The notes beneath the pieces were generated by a model. That model was not told the DNA's origin and did no database searches. It saw only the letters and a list, made by a program, of their open reading frames with translations. Position numbers and translations under genes: made by a program. Source: Amoebophrya sp. A120 (taxonomy: Eukaryota; Protista; Dinoflagellata). From it: a DNA stretch of 64,000 nucleotides. Shown here piece after piece: positions 1-11,082 of this stretch. Where the stretch lies: positions 62,001 to 126,000 of the forward strand of contig CAJINV010000022.1 of the NCBI GenBank assembly GCA_905178155.1, read 5' to 3'. Numbering within the stretch: position 1 is the stretch's first letter; every line of letters begins with the position of its first letter.

Positions 1-630
1 CTTGAGCCTGACATCGTCGCGCTGAGGGCCTGCGTTGAGTTTTTAATACCGTTAGTGAAAGAACGAGCACGCTTGTGTCACGCGCGATGAACTTTTTATT
101 CGAAAGTCAACGAGTTCCGAAGGTCATCTCCCATTCGTTATCTGACACGACGAGAGGTGGTCGTAAGAGTATCTAATTACAAGTGATGAGCAAGGTAGTA
201 CTAGTCCGTCGCCACAGTTTTTCTCGTTCTCGTCGACGTCGTCATGGGAAGGTAAATATTATGTGAATTATGTCGTCTGTTGTTTAGTTGCTTGTACTAC
301 ATCAGGACGATAATCTTTCAAATACATTTTTAATTTTAATATATATACGATTGCCAGGTCGTTGTCGTTGTCGTCTTCGTCGATGATATTATGGCCACAC
401 TATGTATAAGTTGAGAATCTACTAGTACTTCCACTACAATTATTTTCATCACATTTATTGGCCGGCTGTACCAGTTTGTTGCAGAAGGAAGGAGAAGTTA
501 GATTTGTTCCATCTTCCGTGGCATTTCAAACATCGAACAATCATGACTCGTCGTATCGTCCTGTGTAAAAACGTACCCCTTCCGCCAGGGTGAATTTGGG
601 TGTGCAAAAACGTACTGTATCGTAGCGTAC

Positions 631-1761
631 AGAAGGGTGAATTTGCAGTGAATTTGTATTGCATGACTTGCATTTACTTAAAAGAAAAGTGCGCTACGTA
701 TGGACACGAGCCCAAGCATCCCACAGAGCGTGAAGGGCTGCTCGTCGCGTGGTGGCGCTTGCAGCACCGAAAGAGGTGGTCTTGCGGGGGCTCGCCGGGC
801 TGTGTAGTGCGTATGGAACCAAAGAAGGTGGATCGGGTGGCTCTTTCTTACTCTTCTGCGCGTCTGCCTCAGAAGTTCCTCTTTGGAATTGTCAAAAGGG
901 AGGGCGACGCCTGAACACAGGGGCACTAGTTCAACGCGTATGCTCTCACGAGTTGTGGTTGGCTCGGCTTGGACTTGGATATCTGGGAGCAGCCTCGGGT
1001 GGAAGGGGAGGCACGATTCGGCCGCGGACGCTAGCTTGCTTCGCCTGCTGTGCTCTGCTCACAACTCCCCACGTGTTTTTTTGCCTCCGGAGCGAGGCCT
1101 TTTCGACGTGACCCCCAGGTCAGGAATTCTCTTGGTGAATTTTGGGGCTTTTTGTTTTGGCGACACTTTTTTGAAGCCCCAAAACCCGGAGTTTCTCGTG
1201 CGTTAGCGAATTTTGAATAGGCACCTTGGGCCAAAATTCACCCACGGCGTTTTCAAAATTCACCCCAAAATTCACCGGGCCCCCCTTTTCGACCGTGATA
1301 AGCAAACTTTAGCGCAGAAAAGTGCTCAAAAAAGTGCACAGGTAGGCCCTGGGGAGTGGGGCCGAGGAGAAAAGACAAGCGCCCTCTGTTGCCCTCAGCC
1401 CCTCTATATTCTGCCGAAAAGGCCTGGTGGGTTCACGCGCCTGCCGGATGGAGGCGCCAAAGCTCTCGGCTTGGTCCTTTCACCCTTGCTCTCGCGCCTT
1501 CTTGCCTAATTACATGCGCTTCGCAGCACTTTCTTTTTGGCGTCTTTGCCGCGGCTGCTGCAGTGCTCTTATGCGAGCACGGGGAGACGAATACACATGG
1601 CCAAAGAACGGCACCCAGGCCATGTCTCGAAGCTGCCCGCCGCATAAGCCTTGACTTCTGCGGTGTGCAGAACCCACTTCCCAGAAGGGCAAGAGGGGCA
1701 ATGTCCCGGCGGGCTCATCTGCAATTTGGCATGCAAAATTCACTACAAATTCACCACTTCT
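631..1761. mobile_element. Putative non-autonomous TIR DNA element (~1.1 kb), bracketed by a 36-bp direct repeat
   Basis: Imperfect inverted repeats AGAAGGGTGAATTTGCAGTGAATTT (631-) and AAATTCACTACAAATTCACCACTTCT (-1761). Many internal GGTGAATTT/AAATTCACC copies near 1134-1275. Exact repeat ATCATGACTCGTCGTATCGTCCTGTGTAAAAACGTA at 540-575 and 1788-1823. No credible ORF. Confidence 0.5.
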
Positions 1762-2192
1762 CATGCTAACGGGTGTTAAAGCTCTAGATCATGACTCGTC
1801 GTATCGTCCTGTGTAAAAACGTAGCCATCTTCCCACCAGGCTGAGGCTTGTCATTCAGATTTGCATGCGCAGCAAATGCAAATGTCGTGCTCTCATTGCT
1901 TATTTTCCACCTGGCAGCACGACCCACTTTCTAGTAGTCCGTCGAAAACATAATCATCTGGTCCGTTGTGTTTCAGAGTCTGTGTCATGACGCTCGTTTA
2001 AGCAGGATAGCAGCTTCAGACTGGGTCTGAGAAGATCATGCGGTTGGATAGTGTAGACAGCGCGAGGACTAGTACAGGGCACAAAGCCAAACTTGTAATG
2101 CCAGAGTGCTGTCGAGCAGATGTACTTCTTTTATTTCCGTGTAGTTGAGGCCTATGGGGTAGGTAGGTAGGTAGGTACTCGTTTTTCTACAG

Positions 2193-5100
2193 GATAATTA
2201 TCTCCGGGAAGTTGGTTCACGTCCACCACCTGTTGTCTAGCTTTGCTCGCGGTAGTACCTCGGCTAATGGCGAAGATAAAAATGCTGAACCGCCGCCGCC
2301 GTCTGGAGCAGCAGGAGCAGGACCACCCAGTGTTTATCAAGCTACGGTTGTGGCTGATGTGTCCACAGCACAGCAAAACGAACGACCTCCCGACGCCGCG
2401 CCTCCCACGAACCAACAAGTGGTTGATCCGCACCTGCTATGCATTGCAAAAGTACCGTACTCGTATTGCATTCATGCATTACAAATCTTTTTGTTAAGGT
2501 AAATCAGCATTGCAAAATTTATCTCTCATGCTGAGAAATGCATATAATATACGAGTGCGATACTTTTGCAATCCATACCTGCAGAGCCTGGACGAACAGG
2601 CACGGCGGGTGCGCTATGGCGTTCTCGAACGTTGCATTCTCAACTGTTACATGAACTTGTGATGCAAGAATGGGAAGAAAAGTGAAAGGGGAAGGTTGCA
2701 CCTGTAGCATTACAAATTCCGCGCAGATCATCTAGGCGCGGTTTAGCCCTTCGCAAATTTGTCATGCGGAGCAGCTTGATCGTGAGGATCATGCTGCTGC
2801 TTTTGCATGGCAAATCGTCCATGTAACAATTGAGAATGTAACGCTTGAGAACGCCATATGCGCACCTACTGTGATGAGGCCGGGGTGCCGAAATACGAAA
2901 TTCGTGTGATCCACGGGGGGCGTGGACTCCGTCGCTTGACGGATATGTATTGCAAAAGCGTCGTACTCGTATAAATGCATTACAAATTTTCTCAGCATGA
3001 AAAATGAAATTTGTAATGCGGGTCTTCCTTTAAGAAAAAGATTTGTAATGCATCATTGCAATACGATACTTTTGCAATGCATAACGGCTAGGTCCGAACA
3101 ATCCGGGAACGCGCGGCACCGCGGATGGCTCGGCGAAAAACAGTATGCATTGCAAAAGTATCGTATTCGTATAAATGCATTACAAATTCCCTCAGCATGA
3201 GAGATCAAATTTGTCATGCGGATTTACCTTAGGGAAAAAATTTGTAATGCATGACTGCAATAATTACTACGAGTACGATACTTTTGCACAGAATAAACAG
3301 TTCCGGTTGTTTGACTTGCAGCACAAGATGGTATCAACTGTAAATATGTCTGGGTCTGGAAGGATGCGAACTTGTCATGCTGTTTTTTGACTTTAAAAAG
3401 ATTTGTGTTGCACGACCAGCGAGAGGGGTGCGCTTTGTGCTACACGGACAGGGCATTTCTCATGCGGAAAGGGCATCAGGAAGGGTTCTAAAAACCTGTG
3501 ATGCTAGGGCATACATCACAGACAATCATGGGTCATGAGAAATATGCATGACAAATCTTGCATTCTTCCAGACCCAGACATTTTTGCAGTTGATAGATGG
3601 CCCCAGTAAACGATAACATTTTGTCCGACGTGGCGGACAGCCTCAAGGACCGGGTCCGGAAGTCTCGCTTTGATTACTTTCTGAACATGAAGTATCGCAA
3701 GAAAAAACTGTTTCACTGTAAACTTGTGATGCAGAAAGTGAAACACCAAAGTGTCTCTCTTGCTACACTTGCAAGACATTGGATTTCCAAGCGTGTTTTC
3801 CCCTGGGGAGCGCGCATGGCAAATATTCTCTGTCATGTGTAGCAAACTTGTGATGCAGATCTTGCAAAATCATCACAGTGAAGCAGTTTTTTCCTGTGAT
3901 ATGAAGCGCAAGAATACCGCCGAAGACTACGAAGAGCAGCAGCTGAGCACGCCGAGTTTCCAGCTGCAGAACTTTCCAGGCGATGAGGACCTCAGCTATT
4001 GTAAGAAAAAATCCCCCCTGCGGCCCATATCAAAAAGGTGCGCCACAGAAAATTTGTGATGCTGATTTGTGACCACAAATCTTTGTGTCTTGCAACAAGG
4101 CAGTTCTACAGTCTCCGCCGCATTATGCGGGCGCTTTGTAGTGTTGCCTTGGCTACAGAAAGACATCTGTGATGCCGAGCGCCCACGTCAGAATGTCGGC
4201 ACTCAGGCACGGCAGCCGCCTGCAGTCCTCTACTGCAAGACAGCTCTGATTTGTATACGTAAAAAATCCAGCATGAGAAGCTTCGTTTTGCTATGGGGAC
4301 GAGGGGAGATTTTTTCTTTTGGTATCAGCTTCGCGCGGTTTTCTCCGCAGTCCGAGGCGCTCGCTACGGTGGCCGACCGAAAAATCCACATTCGCGGCCT
4401 GAACGAGGCCGTGGGTGACGATAGCGGAACTGATCTACAAGGGGGAAGTAGTGACGTACATGCTTTGGGGAACATATGGATTGTAAAAATGTCTGGGTCT
4501 GGAATGTTGGAACTTGTAATGCTAGCTTTCCATACCGAGAAAATCTGTATTGCATATACCAACAAAAGTCGCAGCCTCTTTTGTCATGCAAAAACGCAGT
4601 TTCTCATGCGGATTGCCTATGAGAAAGCGTTTTGGGAAGTTGTCATGCCGGACTGCATTCGGAAGTGTTTTCATCATGCACATTTTAGCATCACAAGTTT
4701 CCAGACCCAGACATTTTTGCATTTGATAGAACAGCCCGATTGACGAAACCACCGGGTATCTGCCGTTTTATCCTGTGCAAAAGTATCGTACTCGTACTAA
4801 TTGCGTTTATGCATCACAAATCTTTTTCTTAAGGTAAATCCGCATTACAAATTTAATTTGTAATGCTAAACCAATTTGTAATGCAATTTGTACTAGTACG
4901 ATACTTTTGCACAGGATACATTTCCCTGCGAACCGACACGGGAGAAATTTGGGTTATGACAGTGCGCAACTCGACGTTCCCCTACATCCCCTCATTTCTA
5001 TAGCATGGTCGGCAATACAAGGTTCAGCAAGAATGCCAGTTTTGCATGACAAATTCGCACTGGAGGAGTATAGTGCAGCTAAGCTATTTTGGCTAGCAGA

Positions 5101-7716
5101 ACTTGTCATGCAAATAGTGCCAAGAGGCACAGACTGGATTTGGGATTTTGCATGACAAATGAAAATGAGGGGGACGTAGAGGGAGAGTTGTGCACTCTGA
5201 TATGGGTACTTTCACAGCTACAACCCCTTCACGGTGGCTTCGCAGGGCAAGAAGGCCTACATCTCGAATATGAACTGCAAAAGAATCGTACTCGTAGTAA
5301 TTGCAGTCATGTGAACCAGTACACGAAGGGCACCCAGTACGCGAAGGGTACCTACAACATACGAAAGGACCAGAATACATACGAAAGAGGAGAGGAGCAC
5401 CGAAATCCGCTATACAAAAAAGCAGTTTTTGTATGTACTGCCGGACGCATACAGATACAGCGGCGTTGTATGGTCCAAGAAAAGCGAGGAGAAAGCTGGT
5501 GGTGAGTGTGGCAGAGCAGCAAATTGCTACGCAAAGCAGGCCACAATCCACCGCGCGCGAAAAGATCGCTCCGCGGAACAACAGAAGAGCGCAAAGGGAG
5601 GCTGGCGGAGAGCGCACTGCGCTCAAGGAGCGACACAAGCGGAGAAAAAGGGCGCTAAACCAAAAAAACTAGCGGCGCGCGCGCGGTGAGGACCTATTGC
5701 GGATCGATATTTTGTTAGCAGGCGGCGGGGGCACGCTTGCAGGCGGCGCTTCGAAAACATACAAGGGCCGAGCTTGTTTCGTGTGCGCGCTTTGGTAGCT
5801 AGCAGAGTTCTCTCGCTCCTTAGCATTCTTGCTGCAGAGTCTACTGAAAGTGGAGAAGCCCGCGGCGTAGCTCTTTTTTCAATGTTTTTCACTCAGTGGC
5901 TGTTTTGTTTTGGCTACGCAGCCACGTATTGCGGTCGGACAAAACCAGGGCAATATAAAACGAGGGCGCAGGGGCATCGTAGGACCAGTTGCGTACGGGG
6001 CCCCCAGTAGTTACTGGGGGCCCCGTACTTGACGGCCGGGCCAGTGCTGGAAGGGTCCGGCGGGACCAGAAGGGGCCACACAAAATGGCCATTTTATATG
6101 CACTGGCGATTTGTATTCGGCGTTTGTTCTAGGACAGGAAGGGGCAGGGCCCTTCGTGTACTGGCATACAAATATATTATGGGGGTATCAGTAATTACTG
6201 TTTCACATGCATTACAAATCTTTTTCTTAAGGTAAATCCGCATGACAAATTTTATTTCTCATGCTGGGGAAATTTGTATATGCATTTATACGAGTGCGAT
6301 AATTTTACAGCGCATATCGAAAGGCAACCTGCAATCCTACCGGTGCCGACTCGCAAAACTTGGTACCGTGTGGAACACCCGTATTACAATGAAAAATGCC
6401 ACCTCCCCATATCAAAACGGAAATCTGTGATGCAGATTTGTGGTCACAAATCAGGTTTGTGATGCTAGAAGGGGAAAGATGCGGACTGTAGTGCTGCTTA
6501 GCGTGGGAGAGCGTTGCAGCTCCAGGATGACAGGAGGCAACTGGAAGTGGGAAACAGCACGACGGATTAACTGCAATTTATGCCGCAGCTTCGTCTCTTG
6601 GCCTTCTAGCAATACAAGTCGATTTGTGTACTCAAATACAGCATCACAAATTCGCGCATCTTCCGTTTCCGATATGGGGTGAGGGCCTTTTTCACTATGA
6701 TAGCCCGGCTGACGGCCTTTGAGAAAGGAAGACAGGGGAGGCCATGGGACGCAAAGTTGCAAATCGAAGAGCAAGGGGTCAATCCGGAGTACTGGCAAAA
6801 ATTTACCGAGGGAAATTGCTCCATGAAAAACGGTATCTTGCGCAAAAGTATCGTACTCGTATTGCAATCATGCATAAGTATAGATATCTTTTTCTTAAAG
6901 ATAAAGGTAAATCAGCACTACAAATTTTGTTATGGTTTCTCATGCTGAGCAGGAAATTTGTAATGCATTTATACGACGAGTGCGATACTTTTGCAATGCA
7001 TAAACGGCAAGGAGAATACCGACACTCTTTTGACGAATGCAGCGAACAAAAAAATATCAAATGCAAAAATGTCTGGGTCTGGAAGGTGGTAACTTGTGAT
7101 GCTGTCTTTGGATTCCAAAAAAATCTGTATTGCATGACTAGCAAAAAGAGTCCAGTTTGTGCTACACGGGGAGGGCATTTCTCATGCGGAAAAAGCATCA
7201 GGAAGCCTTCTAAAAATCTGGGATGCTGGGGCATGCATTACAGGCGTCATTGGTCATGCAAAATATGCATGACAAACCTGGCAAGCTTCCAGACCCAGAC
7301 ATTTTTGCATTTGATAAAAAACCCAGGTGTTCGATCACGAGTTGCGAACACACACGAAATATCAAATGCAAAAATGTCTCGGTCTGGAAACTTGTGATGC
7401 TGCGTTGGATGTAGTGAATGCTCTGCAATGCACAGGTAAGCATGAGAAATATCTGCGCTTTTTTGTGTTGCGTTTTTCGCATGCCAAACTGCGTTTTTGC
7501 ATGACAGGCAAAAGGGTCTCTTCTTGGCCACGCATCACAAACTTTTTGGTCATGCCAGACAAGCAGGACAAATCTCGCAATCTTCCAGACCCAGACATTT
7601 TTGCATTTGATACCAAAAACCAAGAGCCGCCACTGCATGCGGCCATGCCCTTCCGGTGCTACCCGCTCGCAACCATGAACCCCGCAGCTTTCGACAAGGA
7701 AAGATTTTTTCTGTGA
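2193..7716 (+). CDS. Hypothetical protein (>=421 aa, 5' end unresolved) split by 15 introners
   Basis: Removing elements 2438-2577, 2615-2858, 2944-3083, 3144-3295, 3332-3595, 3693-3901, 3997-4324, 4475-4728, 4769-4918, 4955-5202, 5269-6316, 6382-6702, 6834-7002, 7055-7316 and 7360-7612, each with one 5-bp repeat, gives one stop-free frame: ...VVDPHLQSLDEQARRVRTYCDEAG...FDKERFFL*. Possible upstream acceptor TTTTCTACAG at 2192. No family recognised. Confidence 0.75.
2438..2577. mobile_element. Introner family A (mostly ~140-175 bp; 30 copies in window); representative copy
   Basis: TIR TATnnnnTGCAAAAGTATCGTACTCGTA...TACGAGTGCGATACTTTTGCAnnnnATA; 5-bp direct repeat here CCTGC. Other copies: 2944-3083, 3144-3295, 4769-4918, 5269-6316, 6834-7002, 9052-9258 (divergent), 9303-9455, 11733-11887, 15701-15845, 16180-16329, 18580-18731, 21624-21773, 22713-22869, 23634-23797, 26870-27042, 29668-29830, 29908-30061, 30090-30249, 36479-36632, 40677-40829, 45887-46031, 46147-46299, 46720-46863, 48266-48410, 53837-53989, 54445-54603, 54956-55112, 58661-58809, 61474-61646. 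Confidence 0.93.
2615..2858. mobile_element. Introner family C (~235-245 bp; 3 copies); representative copy
   Basis: TIR of about 38 bp: TATGGCGTTCTCGAACGTTGCATTCTCAACTGTTACAT...ATGTAACAATTGAGAATGTAACGCTTGAGAACGCCATA; direct repeat TGCGC. Others: 18839-19073 (GACGA), 62782-63026 (AGTTT). Confidence 0.9.
3332..3595. mobile_element. Introner family B (~245-270 bp; 25 copies); representative copy
   Basis: Consensus TIR TATCAAATGCAAAAATGTCTGGGTCTGGAA...TTCCAGACCCAGACATTTTTGCATTTGATA; direct repeat here GATGG. Others: 4475-4728, 7055-7316, 7360-7612, 17239-17508, 19301-19544, 19943-20200, 20280-20542, 21239-21502, 21843-22105, 26474-26727, 27568-27824, 28145-28406, 28481-28743, 33623-33887, 34023-34289, 37488-37749, 38026-38286, 39451-39705, 40962-41227, 46390-46646, 46984-47242, 48453-48723, 48784-49045, 52954-53217. 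Confidence 0.93.
3693..3901. mobile_element. Introner family F (~210-230 bp; 6 divergent copies); representative copy
   Basis: TIR TATCGCAAGAAAAAACTGT...GCAGTTTTTTCCTGTGATA; direct repeat TGAAG. Others: 8776-8997 (CTGAC), 24129-24338 (AATCC), 29374-29602 (CGAAT), 50570-50778 (CGATG/CAATG), 54711-54921 (GTTTC). Confidence 0.85.
3997..4324. mobile_element. Introner family G (~325 bp; 2 copies); representative copy
   Basis: TIR TATTGTAAGAAAAAATCCCCC...CCCCATA / TATGGGG...GGGGAGATTTTTTCTTTTGGTA; direct repeat TCAGC. The related copy at 6382-6702 shares CCCCATATCAAAA and AATYTGTGATGC-GATTTGTG-YCACAAATC. Confidence 0.8.
4955..5202. mobile_element. Introner family D (~220-250 bp; 6 copies); representative copy
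   Basis: Consensus TIR TATGAGAGTGCACAACTCCCCCTCCCCCTCATTT...AAATGAGGGGGAGGGGGAGTTGTGCACTCTCATA; direct repeat here TGGGT. Others: 12261-12504 (divergent), 16635-17164 (with insertion), 19631-19860, 25490-25708, 51799-52017. Confidence 0.9.
5312..6205. mobile_element. 894-bp TG...CA element (solo-LTR-like or Ginger-like non-autonomous) nested inside a family A introner
   Basis: Ends TGAACCAGTA...TACTGTTTCA, flanked by CATG at 5308-5311 and 6206-6209. Removal restores the family A sequence GCAGTCATGCATTACAAAT. Internal perfect 17-bp hairpin at 5993-6028 and TATAAAA at about 5954. Confidence 0.8.
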
Positions 7717-8499
7717 ACAGGGAGGTACTATAAGTAACATCTCTCAACATCATCCTCTGAGATTTGGTTTAATACTCCTCTACTCCGCAAAAAACTTTTG
7801 CAGAGGATGAAGATGATGTATGACGTTGAACAGCAGCATGTGGAAGAATGATTCTACTTCGAACAGTAGACGAGGATAAGTCCTCGTGCTTGAGTGGTCA
7901 ACTGCTCTCGCGCCGTTCGTCCTGCGGCTGCGGTTCTGCTGCTGCGATCCATGATCGTCGACCTCCAGGGTTACTTATTTTTCGCCCCTGTATCTACCTT
8001 GTTCGGCTCTTGGTCGTGGCAACGTCGCGGCACGAAGTTGTTCTGATCGTACATACCTCCAGTAAACAAGTAACCTAGAAGCAGCACGGAGACATGCATT
8101 TTTTTCTCACAGGGAAGATCATGTGGTTGCGTTTTTTTCTTTGTCTTCTTGTACAAACTTTTTACGGATACTGTTGTGTCCATATTACATTGTAGCAGGC
8201 CCCGACGACGTTCTTGAAATTACTTATTACATTTTTTTTTCTCCTGCTTGTGCTAGTGCTTCTCGTGTTTTCACTTCTGGTAGTTCTGGTCGTCGGTCGT
8301 TTTTCGGTCGTATTAAGTAAACCTACTAAAAAACAAGTGCTTGTAAAGATGGTCTTTTTTTGTCTTTAATTCCGCAAAAGAATGAATAGCAGAGCACAAT
8401 CAACTGCAACGTAGTTGTCGGAGACCCGATGCCACCACTTTAGAAGATGAACCAAACTCGTCACGACCTTCTTCTTGTGTTGCGAGAAAATTATAAATC

Positions 8500-10122
8500 A
8501 TGGAAACAAGAAGCGCGATGCTGCACGAGGAAGATGTGCTGCTCGACTACGGGTATCAAACCTTCAGTCCTGCTAAAGACGAGCACAGCACTACGAACAA
8601 CACGAGGATATTAAGCAGCACTGCGAATACGAAATATGAGTATAACTTTCATGATCCGAACCACCTTGTTTCGCATCAGAGGGGCGGTTTTAATACCACT
8701 ACGCGACATAATGCGATGAACGCCTACCATGGAGGTGGTTCATCTTCGTCGTCCTCTTCTTTCGCGGTTACTGACTATCCAAGAAAAAAAGATTTTAGCT
8801 GTAACTTTCATCTTCGAGGAACAGCATTACAAATCTGTGTGGCATGATGAGAGCAAATAAACCTGTCATGCGCAGATAGTGCTGGAGATCGCAGCAGCTG
8901 AATGGACCCTACAACGCATTCCAAGCATGACAGACGCAATCACCTTGCACGTTGCGCATTACAAAGTTAGACTAGCAATGTTTTGTTTTCTTGGATACTG
9001 ACAAGCTGAACATCAGTACCGAGTATGTGGAAATTGGATTGGAAATCGTATTATGAGTCGCAAAAAGTAAAAGTATCGTAGTCGTACTACTAGTAGAAAT
9101 TTTTGCATTGCAAATTTTCTAATTTCTCCAGAAGGAGACGAGCTGAAATTTGTATCGCTGTCTGAGCTAAAACTAAATCTAAAAGAGAACGTTTGTCATG
9201 CAAGGTCGCACAAAAATCAGTATGTACGAGTGCGCTACAACTTTTCTTGCAAGGAATACGTGTTGTGGGCCAGCTCCTGGGGCATCGTGGACTGCGTTGT
9301 GGTATGCTCTGCAAAAGTATCGTACTCGTATAAATGCATTACAAATTTTCATCTCAGCATGAGAAATGAAATTTGTAATGCTGATTTACGTTAAGAAAAA
9401 AGGTTTGTAATGCATAATTTGCAATACATCAAGTTGATAACTTTTGCACAGGATATGTGGATCACTTCTCCAGCGCCTCGCTGGGCGCAGTAGCTGATCC
9501 GGCCAGAAGTTCAGCTAGCAGCACGACGACCGACAGCACCTCCATTCTGCTTCAAGAAAGGACGATGAACTACATTCCGGTAGTAGAAGAGGAGCTGCCA
9601 GGAGGAGAACAACTAGATCTGGCCGGCGCACAACTACAGTTACAACAAAAAACGCAGGAGCTGCCTGGAGACCTCGTTAGTAATATTTCACCTACTTCTT
9701 CCACACCCGCTTCAGCCACGAAAACAAACATCCCCAACGAAAATAATCTTCTTCCCCATGTTTTACTGTATCAGCAAAATTTGAAAAAGTACCAACTTCG
9801 CTTCCTCGGGTATTTCACTGTGTTACTACTCTTCCTCGCGTTGTGGTGTTGGGGGAAGATGAAAAGCAGAAAATCATCCACGTCTTCGGGAACTACAAGC
9901 ATGGGAGGCGGACGGCGCGGTCAGGGGATGATCAACCACGGTGGCGTGGGACAAGAACTGTCGCGCGGGATGATAAACACCAGTGGTACAGCAAATGCTG
10001 GCCATCTTCTTGGCCTGCCCAACGTCGTAGCTACGAAGAAGAATCAAATATGGAACTTTTTCCTCTCCGTTCTCTTCGTCAGCTCCTCTTGGGGCTGTTT
10101 TGACACGCTGGTATTATTTTAA
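8500..10122 (+). CDS. Hypothetical membrane protein (~341 aa), 3 introners
   Basis: Removing 8776-8997, 9052-9258 and 9303-9455 joins ORF 8500 to ORF 9457. Hydrophobic segments IGLEIVLWASSWGIVDCVV, FLGYFTVLLLFLALWCW and FFLSVLFVSSSWGCFDTLVLF. Confidence 0.75.
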
Positions 10123-11082
10123 GTAGAACTTGCGCTACAAATAGAACAAGCTCAACCAATTAGTTCAAAATGTACGCAAAATAGTATTTCAAAGACTTCT
10201 CGGGTCAAGGACGATAGAGATTAAGATTGTTCATCCCGCATCAGAATTTATGTTATAAGATACTCATTCTGTATAATTAAAAATCAATCCACAGGTCGCC
10301 ATTCTTGCCGGTTGCGTGGAGGACCCGCTGGCGACACTGCGCTGGTACCTCTTCGCGGCAGTCTTGGCGAGTGTGGGAATCTGTGTGCATCACAGCCGGC
10401 ACCCAGACGTCATTTTCAACCGGATTGGGGCGCAGATCGAATACAGATGAGGTGAAGAACAAGAAGATCAAACTTCAAGAGGAAATAAGATTAAGATACG
10501 AATCAACTACAGAACAGGACGAACTCGTCGTCAAGGAAGCTCCTCTACTTCTGGGCACATGCACATCCACGATCAAAGAGCAGGGAATCCACCTGCGTAG
10601 AAGTGCTGCCAGGCGGTGAAATAGATGGATCTTCTACGACACGAGAAAGCGCATTTCAACGTCGGAGACGAAGTAGATCTCCTTCTCAACCAGTTTACGA
10701 CTCGCACAACAACTTCCACACTCTCTACAACGAACTCAGGCGACTTGTTTAGACAGAGAATGAGAATAAACTAGCTACAACTTCTCTAAGCTGCGGACGT
10801 TCTTCTCCTCCAGCATGATAGAAGTACTAGATCATAAGCGGCTTTTTACGCTCGGAGGTACTGTATTTCACATGCGCATACGAGCCGGTCGTGCAGCCGG
10901 ACAGTTGTTGTAGTAAGTACTACGACCCGCATTGCGGAGGTTTGTGCATACCTAGTACTTCGTAAGTTTGTCGACGCCGGTGCGGGAGCGTGATAAAAAG
11001 CAGTCGGAGACAGCACGTTAACCCTAAGCCCTAAACTACTTCCCTCCCCGCCCACAAAAAAAAAGATTTTTATAATAACATC

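Noticed and set aside
1820-1830. CGTAGCCAT resembling the dinoflagellate spliced leader
   Set aside because: Only 9 nt match, with no TTTTGGCTCAAG; compatible with chance.
2157-2177. (GGTA)5 microsatellite
   Set aside because: Short simple repeat, probably intronic; no evidence of function.
3175-7753. Many short ORFs sharing peptides such as [26 protein letters not shown] and PDPDIFAFD
   Set aside because: These are translations of introner TIRs in different frames, not a protein family.
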